Positions 27,900-40,451 of a stretch of 64,000 nt of DNA are shown piece by piece. The position numbers were made by a program, and so were the translations under genes. Within the stretch, counting starts at the first letter, position 1; each line of letters begins with the position of its first letter. Under the pieces are notes generated by a model. The model made no database searches, was not told the origin of the DNA, and saw nothing but the letters and a program-made list of their open reading frames with translations. This stretch comes from Octopus sinensis (lineage: Eukaryota): assembly GCF_006345805.1 (NCBI RefSeq), contig NC_043010.1, forward strand, positions 47,306,001-47,370,000. Direction: 5' to 3'.

Positions 27900-28700
27900 G
27901 ATGAGTGCTCATTTAGACATAACAGATAGCAGTGCTCTTTTGATGCCATCAGAGCTGTTTGCATTATAAGCATCCCATGTCATTTTCCTGATATGTAACC
28001 TTTCGTGGATGAGAAGTTTGGCTCTTGAAAGTGTAATGTGACCATAGCCTATACAGTTGAGATTATATCTGAGTCCTCATTTCAGTTGGTAGGGAATTCC
28101 TCCTTGATCCAGATTGAAAAGATCAATTGGAGCAGCTGCACTGTGGCCTTAGGGTTGAAAGGTTCTTTAGAAATATCTGGTTCTGATATTCAATTGTTCT
28201 TGAGAGGCATTTTGCTTTTCAGATTTCTGCCTGGTTTGGTGGCTTGCGCTGGTCAAATTGAGCAGTTCTTTGAAGAATTCTGCCCATTTGTTCAGCTGCA
28301 GGTCCACATCAGCAATGACATTAACCTCTCTGTCACAAAAAGGGCAGTTGTTTCTCTGGATTTTACCATTCATCTTCCTCATGGTGTAATAAAACCACAT
28401 GCCATGGCCACTTTGCCTACCAGGTCACCAATGTACCTGTATTTTTCTACTCAGATACTGTCCTTGACTTCTTTGGAGTATGCTTCTTGGATAGTAGTTT
28501 TGACACGTCTTATTTGCCTTGTATTGACCATGGCTTTTTTCCAGGTTTCTGGTCCCAATCTTTCTCAGTTTTTGTGCATATATACATTTCTTGTGCTGTT
28601 GCTTCATATTTTCAATCACCTCATTATATGCAGTGTTCACAATTTCCTTGAAGCTTCTTCAGAGTGCAATCTTCCATGTCATTAGTCTATTTGGCTGAGC
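27900..28700 (-). mobile_element. Decayed RTE-clade LINE ORF2 fragment (region before the RT)
   Basis: QLNKWAEFFKELLNL (RW..HF..LLN motif) and LIFSIWIKEEFPTN*; many stops. Confidence 0.75.
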
Positions 28701-30537
28701 TTACTTTTTAAAAATATTGTGCAAAAGAACATATGATAGGTACCTTATCTGCAGCAGATACAGAATCAATGTCATGCTCATCAATACACAAAGCTGTCAC
28801 ACAAATGACAACCCCAGAATGGCTACCACTTATCATTTTCCCAAATTACAGCTGAATAGTAGAATTCTATTACAAATCAGTAACAGATGTAAGATCTCAT
28901 ATAAGTGAGATCTTGCTGCATGTAATCAAACGATATACTTAGCAACCACAGAAACACATCTAATTAGTAAACATAGCAGACACAGAGATGCACATACCGA
29001 AGCATGTTATATTCTGTATTGAAAGGAAAGGAAAATAATCATGGCAGAGTTACCATGTACTGCTGTGAAGCTGTCAACCTCCTAGTGTTGCTGGCACATA
29101 CAAACTAAAAAACTCAATTTGTCTTACACCAATAGTATATATTAAGCAATTCAATGTAATTATATATACAATATACTGTTTATTGGCTACTTCTAATCAT
29201 GTTGGTAAATTTGAACATAGCCTGAGAAAGACAGAAGGTTTAATAACCAGACAATTACCAATATATTATCATCTTAATACCCACTTTTTCATGCCTGAAT
29301 GGATCAGATGGAATTTTGTAGAGGTGGATTTTCTATGGCTGGATGCCCTTCCTGTTACCAACCCTCACCTGTTTCCAAATAAGGTAATACTACCCCATAA
29401 CCAGACATGTTTTTTATGGAAAATTGAGAATGAAGGACACTACTTGTAAATGACATTCGTTTATAATTATCATACAATGAAGATGGTAACACACACAGGC
29501 ACTCATACAATGGGCTTCTTTCAGTTTCCACCTGCCAAATCCACTAGCAAGGCTTTGGCCAGCCTGAAGCTATAACAGAAGATACTTGCCCAAGGAATTG
29601 AACCAAGAATCATGAGGTTGGGAAACAAACTTCTTACCACACTGCCACATCTGTGCCTACAATATACCTGTCTCTTAACTTCCCCACTGCCAAATGGATT
29701 GTAGACCACACTCTCTTTGGAATGTCGCTACATGAACAAAGGTAAGTAGAAATATCTATTTGAATTTTCTATCATACTGTTTATAGAACAATGTATATGC
29801 CACTCAACCAGGGGCAAAAACATTTTAGATCTTTACTTCACAAATAACAAACATGGCATTCATCCATAAAATGAAAGTGAGCCGATGATTTTCTCAGATC
29901 AACTTCAATCTATTGCCCAAACCATAGATATGTACCCAACAAGACATGTATGATCTTGCCTTAACATTCATAAGGTTTGTTAAAAATCAATCCAAAAAGA
30001 CAACTTCGAATAGAATTCACCTGGAAGTCTCTCTATGCAAAATGACATTAAAACAAAATTTATGTCAATAATGCAAATCATAATGTATCATTTGTTCCTA
30101 AGTGAAGGGCCAATATACACAAAAATATCCCAAATGTAGAAAAGTCCATTGGATATGAACATCTCAAATCACTTAAATGAACAAAATGAAGATAGTAAGG
30201 AGCCCAATTTAAAATGAACACTCTCAGATCAAAAACAAATATGGGCTCCCTTGTGAAAACAAAGGGACACAAAGAAAAACTAGAGCTAAGGAAAATATAA
30301 AAATTAACCCAAAGGCTTTCTATAATTTTACAGAAGAGACAACCTGAGTGTTACAAAATAGGGACATTGAGAGAAATAGCTCAACTGCAGACTCATATAC
30401 ACATATACCAGGTAAACATGAATATATAAATATATATATGTATATATCTATGTATATATACATATACTGTATCTATCTACACACACACACACATATGTAT
30501 ATACACACATATATATATATATATGTATACGTTTTTT

Positions 30538-30905
30538 TTTTTACTTGTTTCAGTCATTTTGACTGTAGCCATGCTGTAGCACCACCTTTAATCGAGCAAA
30601 TCGACCCCGGGACTTTGTAAGCCCAGTACTTATTCTATCGGTCTCTTTTGCTGAACCGCTAAGTGACGTGGACATAACCACACCAGCATCGGTTGTCAAG
30701 CAATGCTAGGGGAACAAACACAGAAACATACACGCACATACATATATATACACATATACGATGGGCTTCTTTCAGTTTCCGTCTACCAAATCCACTCACA
30801 AGGCTTTGGTCGGCCCAAGGCTATAGTAGAAGACACTTCAGTGGGACTGAACCGGAACCATGTGGTTGGTAAGCAAGCTACTTACCACACAGCCACTCCT
30901 GTGCC
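30538..30905 (-). repeat. CORE-type SINE
   Basis: Same family, with a small internal deletion. Confidence 0.8.
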
Positions 30906-31771
30906 TATATATGTGTTTAATCTTTATAAATATTTATAAATGTATATATGTTTATTTGGTAAAGAAATATAGAGGTAGGATGTTAATATAAAAACAAATA
31001 CATTACAGGTGATAATAGATAAATATGCTTGTAATAAAAAGACGTGTGTACGTAAAATGGAACTATTATTGGTATAATTGTTATAAATAATGTGTAGGGA
31101 AACAATGAGTAGGAGTATTAGTGCACTGCCTGTCATTTCCATTATGGAATTCAAAGAACAAGAAGTGTATATTGGCCCTTCACTTTGGGTTTCTGGCCTC
31201 TTTTTTGTATCTCTCTCTCACTCTCTTTCTCTGGGTAACAATGTACCTCCTCCTCTATAGCAAGACACCTATTTCTGCCTCTCTATTTCTCTGTCACATT
31301 CTAACATTTCATCATCTGATATTGGACCACCTCCTCTAATGTCCCCTCTGTTGTGGCAAGACACCTGCTTCTGTTTCACTGTCTCTTTGTCACACTCTAG
31401 CCTTTTGCGCTCTGACATGTGTTCCCCTCCTCAAATGCTTCTCTCATAATTCCTTGTTTTGTGAGTTACTTGGTTACCCTGTCAGTGCTGGTGCCATGTT
31501 AAAAGCATCCAGTCCACACTGTAATGTGGTTGACATTTGGAAGGGCATCCAGCTGTAAAAATCATGCCAAAACTAACCTCGCCTGTGCTAGTGCCACATA
31601 AAAAGCACTGAGTCCACTCCGTGGAGTTGTTGGTGTTAGGAAGGGCATCCAGCCATAAAATCCCTGCCAAAACAGACACAATGGTTTAGGGTAGGTTTTT
31701 TTCTACCTGGCTGGCTCCAGTCAACCGTCCTACCCATGCATGCATGGAAGATGGACGTTAAACGATGATTT

Positions 31772-31805
<34 letters not shown>

Positions 31806-32186
31806 AATACATATACAATACATACACACACAATGTTTGTATATAGATATGCAATGCCCCAGCAAGGTCGCTGTCTAATGACTGAAACAAGATATATATA
31901 TATATATATACATTCATATATTTTTATAAAGACTAGACACATATATGCATACACACACATATATATATATGTATATGTGTATATACATGTGTGTGCGTGA
32001 GTATATATATATATCTATGTGCGTGTGTGTAGATACAATTTATGCATATATTATATACATAGGTAAGTACATCTAAATACATGTTTAGATATATAAATAC
32101 ACACGCATATATATGTACATATATTCATAAACACTTGTGTATGTGTGTATTCACATACATATGTCTTTATAAACATAAACATTGGG

Positions 32187-32296
32187 TCACTCATGTTTGA
32201 CACTCGTAACGTAGTCTAGTACAACCTGTTGCATGGTCAGGTCAACGGCGATCAAGTTGGCTCCCCTCATCAGGTTTTGCTTGGTAAGTACAGTTG
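32187..32296 (-). CDS. Candidate exon (possibly terminal), frame uncertain
   Basis: Strong acceptor ttatttttttatcttgttgggtttctAG. The phase-1 frame gives TVLTKQNLMRGANLIAVDLTMQQVVLDYVTSVKHE-stop; the phase-2 frame gives NCTYQAKPDEGSQLDRR-stop. It is a unique GC-richer island within microsatellites. Confidence 0.35.
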
Positions 32297-32389
32297 CTAG
32301 AAACCCAACAAGATAAAAAAATAATATCTATCAAAAAATCAGATGAAGCCATGATTTGTGCAGGCGCACACACACACGTACATATATAG

Positions 32390-32448
32390 AAATGCTTATA
32401 AAAATACACACACATTTACATGTGTATATCTGTAAATGTGTGTGTGTG

Positions 32449-32479
<31 letters not shown>

Positions 32480-32570
32480 GGATACATACATACATTTACA
32501 GATAAATGTATCACTCTTTCTTTCATAAATATATATATATATATATATATAAATACATATACATAGATGT

Positions 32571-32607
<37 letters not shown>

Positions 32608-32619
32608 AATGTATAATAT

Positions 32620-32654
<35 letters not shown>

Positions 32655-32915
32655 CATAAATGTATACATATATACATAAATGTATACATATATACATATA
32701 TATATATAAATATATATACATAAATGTATACACATATACATATATATATAAATATATATACATATATGTACATATATGCACACACACACAAATACGTACA
32801 TATACACACATAGAATATACAGTTAAGTACATATACGCACATACTTATATATGTATGTATATATATACACGCACGCACACACACACACACATATATATAT
32901 ATATACACATTTATT
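32390..32915. repeat. Compound (TA)/(CA)/(GATA) microsatellite with higher-order units
   Basis: Repeated tatacataaatgtatacata-type units. Similar compound tracts lie at 41880-42250 and 54800-55100. Confidence 0.9.
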
Positions 32916-32992
32916 AAATGTGTTTGTGTTCGTGTTTTTTTTGTTTGTATGTGTGCGTTGGTATGTAGGTGCTGATGCATATATCTATATAC

Positions 32993-33207
32993 CTGATAAC
33001 AAAACTGATGCTGCCCGGTTCTCCTGCTTCGAGAACCTGTACCAAACCATCACGGTCCTTGAAAATGTCACTGAGTCGTCTGTCGTTGAAGATATCTGCC
33101 ATTTGGTAGGCCAACAAAGGAGAGGCGATGTCTTCGACGGCCTCTCCTCTACCGAACAGCTCGAGCGATTTTTGATCATCAGACATGCAACTGACTCCAA
33201 GTTCCAT
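32993..33207 (-). CDS. Candidate (alternative) first coding exon, unknown protein
   Basis: attATGg start. It encodes MELGVSCMSDDQKSLELFGRGEAVEDIASPLLAYQMADIFNDRRLSDIFKDRDGLVQVLEAGEPGSISFVI(R), with strong G-first codon bias, and ends at atcAG|GTATAT (phase 2). It is a GC/CpG-rich island between microsatellites. Two other overlapping frames are also open, so the frame is not certain. Confidence 0.55.
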
Positions 33208-35240
33208 AATAATAAAAATAATAACAGCAGCATCAATAATAATAGCAATAGCAGAATAAATTTGGCATAACATTTCAGCAGAATAGCCCAAACCGAGAAT
33301 CTCATTGGTCTATTGTAATAATGCGATTCTACGCGCTGCTAGTTCAAAACACCAGAATAAAAAATAATATTCCCTCAAAATATTTATATAATTACAACAA
33401 AACCGTAATGAAAGCAAAAATAATAATTATGGGTGAATAAATAAATAAATAGGAATCTGCGAATATTAAATAGCAGCACTACCTGAGCGACTGAATGCAA
33501 TGTTATCTTGTGATGTTACTTATCGTCAGATGGCCTGTCCTATGTTAAACATACTAACGCAATGTTATAAGATTCTGGGTGCATATCCTCGCTTAACGAA
33601 GTCGAACAGCCTTCTTTACCACATTATTTAATTACCATAGTGTAGAATCTACAGTTGCAGGCTGCTATCAAATATGCTCTCTATCCTCACGCGATCGATC
33701 GATAAAATGCGTACCAGTAATACACTAGGTTCAATTCAATTTCTATAGCCCTCGTCTTTGCTCCCCTACACTCACCACCACCACCACCATCCATAGAGGA
33801 ATTGTTTTTGCATAATAGCAATCAATATCAGCTAATATATATATATATAAATACGTCGCTGCTAACGAGATAGTCGTTTATTATTCAGACGAAGACTGAT
33901 AGCGTATTATGTACCAGTGATTAGATTGTGTATCCTTACTGCTCATTAAGATTCTTGTATATAATGGAAACAGCTTTTTTTTTTTTTTAATTCTGAAATG
34001 ATACTAACGATAAGCTAATACGAATAAGTGTGTGTGTATATATATATGTACACTCAAACACACACATGCACGCACATACTCGCATACACATACATATGTG
34101 TGTTTGGTGTCCACTTAAGATGTCAAGCGGTTGTTTCTGCGGTATTCGAGAAACGGAAGGGAAACTTTAAAACGAGACAACGAAGAACGGTGGACGGATT
34201 AAATTACAATTTTTAGTACTATTTTTGTACTTGAATTAATACAATTCTTCTATTCACAAAATATTAACTTATTTTCCGCATTGGCAAGCAACTCCCTTCA
34301 CACTGTACATTCACCATGACATTGCCAACCGAAGGGAGGGCTCCTGACGTAGTTTGCTCGACTGGTAGAATGGTGTAGAAATAGCAGCCACACCCTAACA
34401 TCTCCAAAAAACAAAAAAGAAAGGATACATTGGACAATGACGTCCTTAGATATACAGAAAAATGAGTTGGTCTTAACTAGAACCCATCGGATCATAGGTT
34501 TGCTCCATCAGAGTTGACCAGTGGCTAAAAGAACTAACGGAAATCTGCTAGAAATAGCAGCCAAATCTCTCAAATTAGACCCCACAGTCTTAGAAAAAGA
34601 CACATTGAATAATGTATTCCTGCGTGTACTATGCCTCCTAAAAAGCGGGACTGGCCACTACGAGAATGATTTTATCTTAGGTTGTTTAACCCCCAGCTTC
34701 GCTATGATCAAGCAAGAGATAACCAGAATCATTCCAGCCTATCATCATCTCGTCTTTTTTTGTATATACAGGGTTACACTGTCCAATATATCCATCCTCT
34801 TTTAAGAGATTAGGCTGCTGTTTCTAACAGGTTGAACGAACAATAACATACAAGTGGAATTTGTATTTAAAAACAAATAATAATAATAATAATAAAAACT
34901 GAGCAGAAACCCATCGGCTCGTCGAACTAACAGCTACATGGTTCGATATCAGTATAGAAGAGTTCCATCGTTGGCTCATAATTAATCAGATGTCTATTTG
35001 ATCAGTGCCACCTAGGGCTAAACATCAACAACCTTGACATTGCGGTGTTTTTTATCGTTATTTTTAACACAGTATATCAAATGAAACTGCTCCGTCATTG
35101 AAAAATTACGAATATTTGAATTGTTTAAAATAATATATATTAATTTGTGAGCGAACACGCTTCTAGTCAGAAAGATTCAAGCAATCAAACTTTGAACCAA
35201 ACCCAAAAATATTTTCTGAAAATTGTTAGGTCAAGTGACA

Positions 35241-35285
<45 letters not shown>

Positions 35286-35506
35286 CGTGTATATATGAAT
35301 GCACATAGACATAAACTTACACTCACATATGGGCAGAAGTAAAGAATACGCACACCCCCCGTTTTCGGCGTCACTCTAACCCTAAATGCCCAAAACGGGT
35401 GGTGTGCGTATTCTTTACCTTCGCCTACATATGAATACACACACACACACAAATATATGTATATTAATATCTATAAATATACATATACGTATATTATTAG
35501 TAATGA

Positions 35507-35803
35507 CTAGCAGTATCGCCCGGCGTTGCTCGGGTTTGTAAGGGAAATAACTATATAAGCATTTTTAGAGAGTTACTTCCCTTATATAATAGCGAAAAAT
35601 GCATTAAAATGGAAAAAAATGATGGTAAATTTTTTTTTAAATCGTAGACTCATCGTAGACGCGCGCTAATACCCAGAAGGGCTCGATATGAATCACGACT
35701 ATAAGATACCCGGTTTTGGTTAAACTGCACCGCAAAATGTGGGAGTAGTTAGGAATCTAAATCGTAGGAGACAGACACACAACTTCTCTTTTATATATAA
35801 AGA
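35507..35803 (-). mobile_element. Non-autonomous Helitron
   Basis: On - strand: A|TCTTTATATATAAAAG at the 5' end, subterminal hairpin CCCGAGCAACGCCGGG, and CTAG|T at the 3' end, inserted in an AT dinucleotide with no TSD. Confidence 0.8.
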
Positions 35804-35809
35804 TTACTC

Positions 35810-36150
35810 CGTCGCCCTCCTATAATAGAACAGATAAGGCAGTTTTCCATCGCCTGGTGGCTGTGGCGAAAGAGGTTGTCTGGTGGACGAGGCTAAAAGG
35901 CACGAAGGCAGAGACATTCCTCTCGTTGAATCCTCATCGACTTTTTCAAGTTTCACTAGAAAAGGAACGTGACAATGGAGAGGGATGTACTGTCCTCCAG
36001 TGAATTTATTGAAAGGTGGGTGAAGGTTGCGAAAATAGCAGGAGTGGTTGGTACTGCTCTAAGGAGGTACTTGCCCTTTGTGTTCAAAGATGGCTTGGAC
36101 AGTTGGGTTTCTCGATTATCCCTAGAGGTCCTCCTGTATCATCCTTCCCC
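35810..36150 (+). mobile_element. Tx1/L1-like LINE 3' fragment
   Basis: VAVAKEVVWWTRLKG...ERDVLSSSEFIERWVKVAKIA resembles Tx1 ORF2 C-termini. Confidence 0.5.
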
Positions 36151-36179
36151 TACCTTCTATCTTTTACGACATACATATA

Positions 36180-36902
36180 TCCTTTACATGTTTCAGTCAT
36201 CAGACTGCAGTCATGTTGGGAGAAAAGCCTTGAAGAATTTTAGTTCGAATGAATCAACTCCAGTATTTAATTTTGAAGCCTTGTATGTACTCTTTTGCTG
36301 AACCACTAAGTTACTGGGACATAAACACATCAACACCATTGTCAAGTGGTGGGGGACAAACACAAACTTCATCCAGTTTCCATCTACCAAATCCACTCAC
36401 AAGGTTTTGGTTGGCCTGAGACAATAGAAGATACTCGCCAAAGGTGCCATGTAGTGGGACAGAACCCATAACCATGTGGTTGGGAAACAAGTTTCTTACC
36501 ACACAGCCACACCAATATACATATATTTTTCTTTACTTGTTTCAGTCATTTGACTGCAGCCATGCTGGAGCACCGCCTTTAGTCGAGCAAATCGACCCTG
36601 GGACTTATTCTTTGTAAGCCCAGTACTTATTCTATCGGTCTCTTTTGCTGAAACGCTAAGTGACGGGGACGTAAACATACCAGCATTGGTTGTCAAGCAA
36701 TGCTAGGGGGACAAACACAGACACACAAACACACATATATATATACGACAGGCTTCTTTCAGTTTCCGTCTACCAAATCCACTCACAAGGCATTGGTCGG
36801 CCCGGGGCTATAGCAGAAGACACTTGCCCAAGATGCTACGCAGTGGGACTGAACCTGGAACCATGTGGTTGGTTAGCAAGCTACTTACCACACAGCCACT
36901 CC
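36180..36902 (-). repeat. Two tandem CORE-type SINEs
   Basis: An older copy at about 36180-36510 and a well-preserved copy at about 36528-36902. Confidence 0.8.
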
Positions 36903-37444
36903 TATATTTTTTTTTTACCATTTCATTATATGTAAACCTCCACACTTTATGTCCGTCTTTGTATTGTACCCCTCATTCTTCAACCTGGTGCCAAATAAAA
37001 AAAACTGATAGAATCATTAGCATACCAGGTAAAATGTTTAGTGGTATTTCGTCCATCTTGACATTCTGAGTTAAGATTCTGCTGAAGTTGATTTTGTCTT
37101 TCATCCTTTCGGTGTCAATAAGATAAGTACCAGTTGAATCCTGGGGTTGATTTAATCGACTTAATCCCTCCCCTGAAGTTGCTGGTCTTGGGCCAAAACT
37201 TGAAACCATTATTATTAAGGTGGCCTGCTTGTAGAATTGCTAGCATACCAGGTAAAATGCTTAGCAGCACTTCGTCTTTATGTTCTGAGTTCAAATTCTG
37301 CTGAGGTCAGCTTTGCCTTTTCATCCTTTCAGAGTTGATAAAGTAAGTACCAGCTGAGCACCAAGGTCCATGTAATCAACTAGCTCCCTCTCACAAAATT
37401 TTAGGCCATGTGCCAATAGTAGAAAGAATTATCAAATGGAAATT

Positions 37445-37782
37445 GTAGTTGTGATACCTGTGCCAGTGGCACGTAAAAAGCACCATCCAAACGTGGCCAA
37501 TGCCAGCGCTGCCTTGACTGGCTTCTGTGCCGGTGGCACGTAAAAAGCACCAACCGATCGTGGCCGCTGCCAGCCTCCCCTGGCACCTGTGCCAGTGGCA
37601 CGTAAAAAGCACCCACTACACTCACAGAGTGGCTGGCGTTAGGAAGGGCATCCAGCTGTAGGAACACTGCCAGATCAGATTGGAGCCTGGTGCAGCCACC
37701 TGGCTTCCCAGACCCCAGGCGAACCGTCCAACCCGTGCTAGCATGGAAAACGGACGTTAAATGATGATGATGATGATGATGA
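37445..37782 (+). repeat. RTE-tail / V-domain-like SINE element ending in (ATG)n (representative copy)
   Basis: Contains ggcgttaggaagggcatccagctgtag and ends aaaacggacgttaaatgatgatg. Related copies lie at about 9240-9830, 17050-17250, 22920-23130, 31480-31770, 39530-39740 and 58978-59222. Confidence 0.8.
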
Positions 37783-38415
37783 ACATTGACAGAATTGATG
37801 TAAAGGTCAGGAGTTTCATACCTAGCACTTATCAAGTGTCATGCACATAACACTTGGCTATTGAATCACTTTTTAATTGATACTGATTAAAGATAATTCT
37901 TTCTACTATAGGCAAAAGGCATGAAAATTTTTTTTTGGGGGGGGGGAGGGGCATGTTGATTACATTAACCACAAAGCTCAACTGGTACTTATTTCATTGA
38001 CTGGGAAAGGACACATGGCAAAGACCATCTCAGATGAATATGAAATCAGAACATAAAAATGGCAGACATGCGGCAAAGCATGCTAAGTGTTGTCTGCTGT
38101 ATAAATAAATACCAAAGGATAAATTTATGGTGATTAAGAGCTCCATAACACGTTACACACCAAGGTACATAGAAGTTAATTCAAACAGGACTGACTTGCA
38201 TGTTTATGCATAATCAGCTACAATAGTCTTTAAGAGCAACATATTTAGCAGAAAAGCATAAGTTTCACATACACTTCATATTTTCATTGTGCTCAAAAGT
38301 TGTTTCACTAAAATAAACACCATCAAATGTTACTAATAGAGAAAACATTAGAAAGGGGAAAAGGACCAAATAATGCTAAAATATAGGTATCAGCATATAT
38401 ATATATATATATATA

Positions 38416-38529
38416 CTTTATTTAAAGCAGCAGAAAATTCAACAAAACCTAGCAAAAACTGTCCGACGAACGGCAACGGGAAACTCAGAGTAACAGGTTT
38501 TGTTGAATTTTCTGCTGCTTTAAATAAAG
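38416..38529. repeat. Perfect 35-bp inverted repeat enclosing a hammerhead-like motif
   Basis: ctttatttaaagcagcagaaaattcaacaaaacct (38416-38450) and its exact reverse complement (38495-38529). Confidence 0.85.
38459..38496 (+). ncRNA. Minimal hammerhead-like motif (U4C core variant)
   Basis: ctgt-CCGACGA-a-CG(GCAA)CG-g-GAAAC-tcaga-GTA-acag. Stem I is ctgt/acag; stem II is 2 bp capped by a GNRA loop; triplet GTA. Confidence 0.55.
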
Positions 38530-40391
38530 CATATTACTCTACCACTGGTATTTGAGTACTCTTTTTTCCACCTTGTTTCACATTTATGTGTTTACTCCGG
38601 TATATATATATATATAACTGTTCAGATGTTTTGCGCTCTTGTCCCATTTTGTATTTTATGCTAGCATGGAAAACGGACGTTAAACGATGATGATGATACA
38701 TAAACTACAAAATGGGACAACAAAACATTTAGATAGATGATACAAAGAAAACAAGGACAGGTCATTCAAAGTTTTCTTTCCTCAGCCGAGTACCAGATTA
38801 TCTTTGCAATTTCGGCTGATATATATATATATATATACCCATACATACATACACACTTATCCATATACAGTAATTCCTTGACTATCACAGGTGTTGCTTT
38901 CCAAAACAACCCTGCGATAGGTGAAAATCCTTGAAGTAGAAACAGTACTGTACTGTATACTTTTTTTTAATTATTTTTATAATTTGTACATATTTATTTT
39001 ATTATAAATGCAAAACAATACTAGGGAGGGATCCATGTGAGCTTAAATAATAAACCATGATAGGTGAACCGCGATAGGGCGAGGAATTTTTGTATTTAGT
39101 TTTTTTTTTGTCCTTCCTCTTCTTTTTGGTGTTTTCTATGTCTCAATTAATTTAAACCAGTAACAGTTATCTGTTTAAAATAATGAGACATTCCTGGTGA
39201 TTTGGGTAAACCGTTTTGAAAATTAATTTAATGCCTTTTCAATTATGTATCACAATTACAAAATTATACATTCGGTAGTATTTATCTTACTGGAATACAT
39301 ATATATATATATATATATATACACACATCCAAGTTTGCATGATTGTGTATAGAAGAATATATTAATCAATGAAATTCCAACTAAGTCTGGTTTCCATGTT
39401 TTATTATTTTCAATTTGTGAAAACAGCAAATAATAAACATGAAAACCATACTTAGTTGGAATTTCATTGACTAATTATATATATATATAAATATATATAT
39501 ATACACACCACACACACATACATATATCATCATCAGTTAACATCTGTTTACCATGCTGGTATGGGTTGGATGGTTTGTCAGGAGCTGGCAAGGCTGGGGG
39601 TTGCATCAGGTTCCATTGTCTGTCTTGGCATGGTTTTTACAGCAACACCAACCACTTTGCAGAATGTACTGAGTGGTTTTTATGTGGCACCAGCACCAAC
39701 AGGGTTGCCAAGTACCTTGGAAGACAAAAGCCCCTCAACTGGGGGTGGGAGTGAGTAGCATTGATGGGCTATGGTTTGTGCCAGTTGAGGGATTAAAGGT
39801 ATAGAGGGGCAGGTATAGGTGTCTTGCTGTAGAGTAGATACATGGATACTCCAGTTGGAAAAGAAAAGAAAGTGAGTTAGAGCATAATATAAAGACAGTG
39901 ATAGTGACAGAGATTACAACCAAAATTTATCAGGACATGTCCTTGAGGGACAATAAGGGTGGTGAGAATAGGTGAGGTGATATAGAGGGTTGGGTTGGGT
40001 GAGTGAGCAGGGGAGATGACTGTAGTAAATGATGGAGAGAAACATAGGAGAGCCTCCTGGGTGGTAGATATGAGGGCTTTGAAGATGTAAACCCCTCAAC
40101 TGTGGTGGTGGGGGCGAGTAGTATTGAGTGAGTGTGGCCTTGTGCTAGTTGAAAAAAATAAGGTATAGGTGTCTTGCTGTAGAGCAGACACATGGATACC
40201 TCAGTTGGATAAAAATGGAGAGTGAGTTACAGAGTAAGATAAAATCTTTTACAGGGCACAGAAAATCTAAGGGGCTGCTGCAATAAGTGTGTGAATATGT
40301 TGAATAAAATCATAATAAACTGATTCTGTATTTTCTTTTACCCAAAGCCAGGCAACTTTTCAGCACCCCCTCATGTATATGTATATATATG

Positions 40392-40443
<52 letters not shown>

Positions 40444-40451
<8 letters not shown>

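Noticed and set aside
28167-28400. ORF with CPFC, suggesting a RING finger exon
   Set aside because: The flanking KWAEFFKELLN is a LINE ORF2 motif, and the region is a frameshifted RTE remnant.
36496-36935. Recurring ORFs such as MTTNAGMFTSPSLS and MLGEQTQTH
   Set aside because: These are chance frames in SINE copies, repeated wherever the SINE occurs.
37459-37615. Three roughly 26-bp direct repeats (tgtgccagtggcacgtaaaaagcacc) with about 60-65-bp period, resembling a CRISPR array
   Set aside because: They are internal repeats of the dispersed RTE-tail/V-domain-like element found many times in the window. The context is eukaryotic and there are no cas genes.
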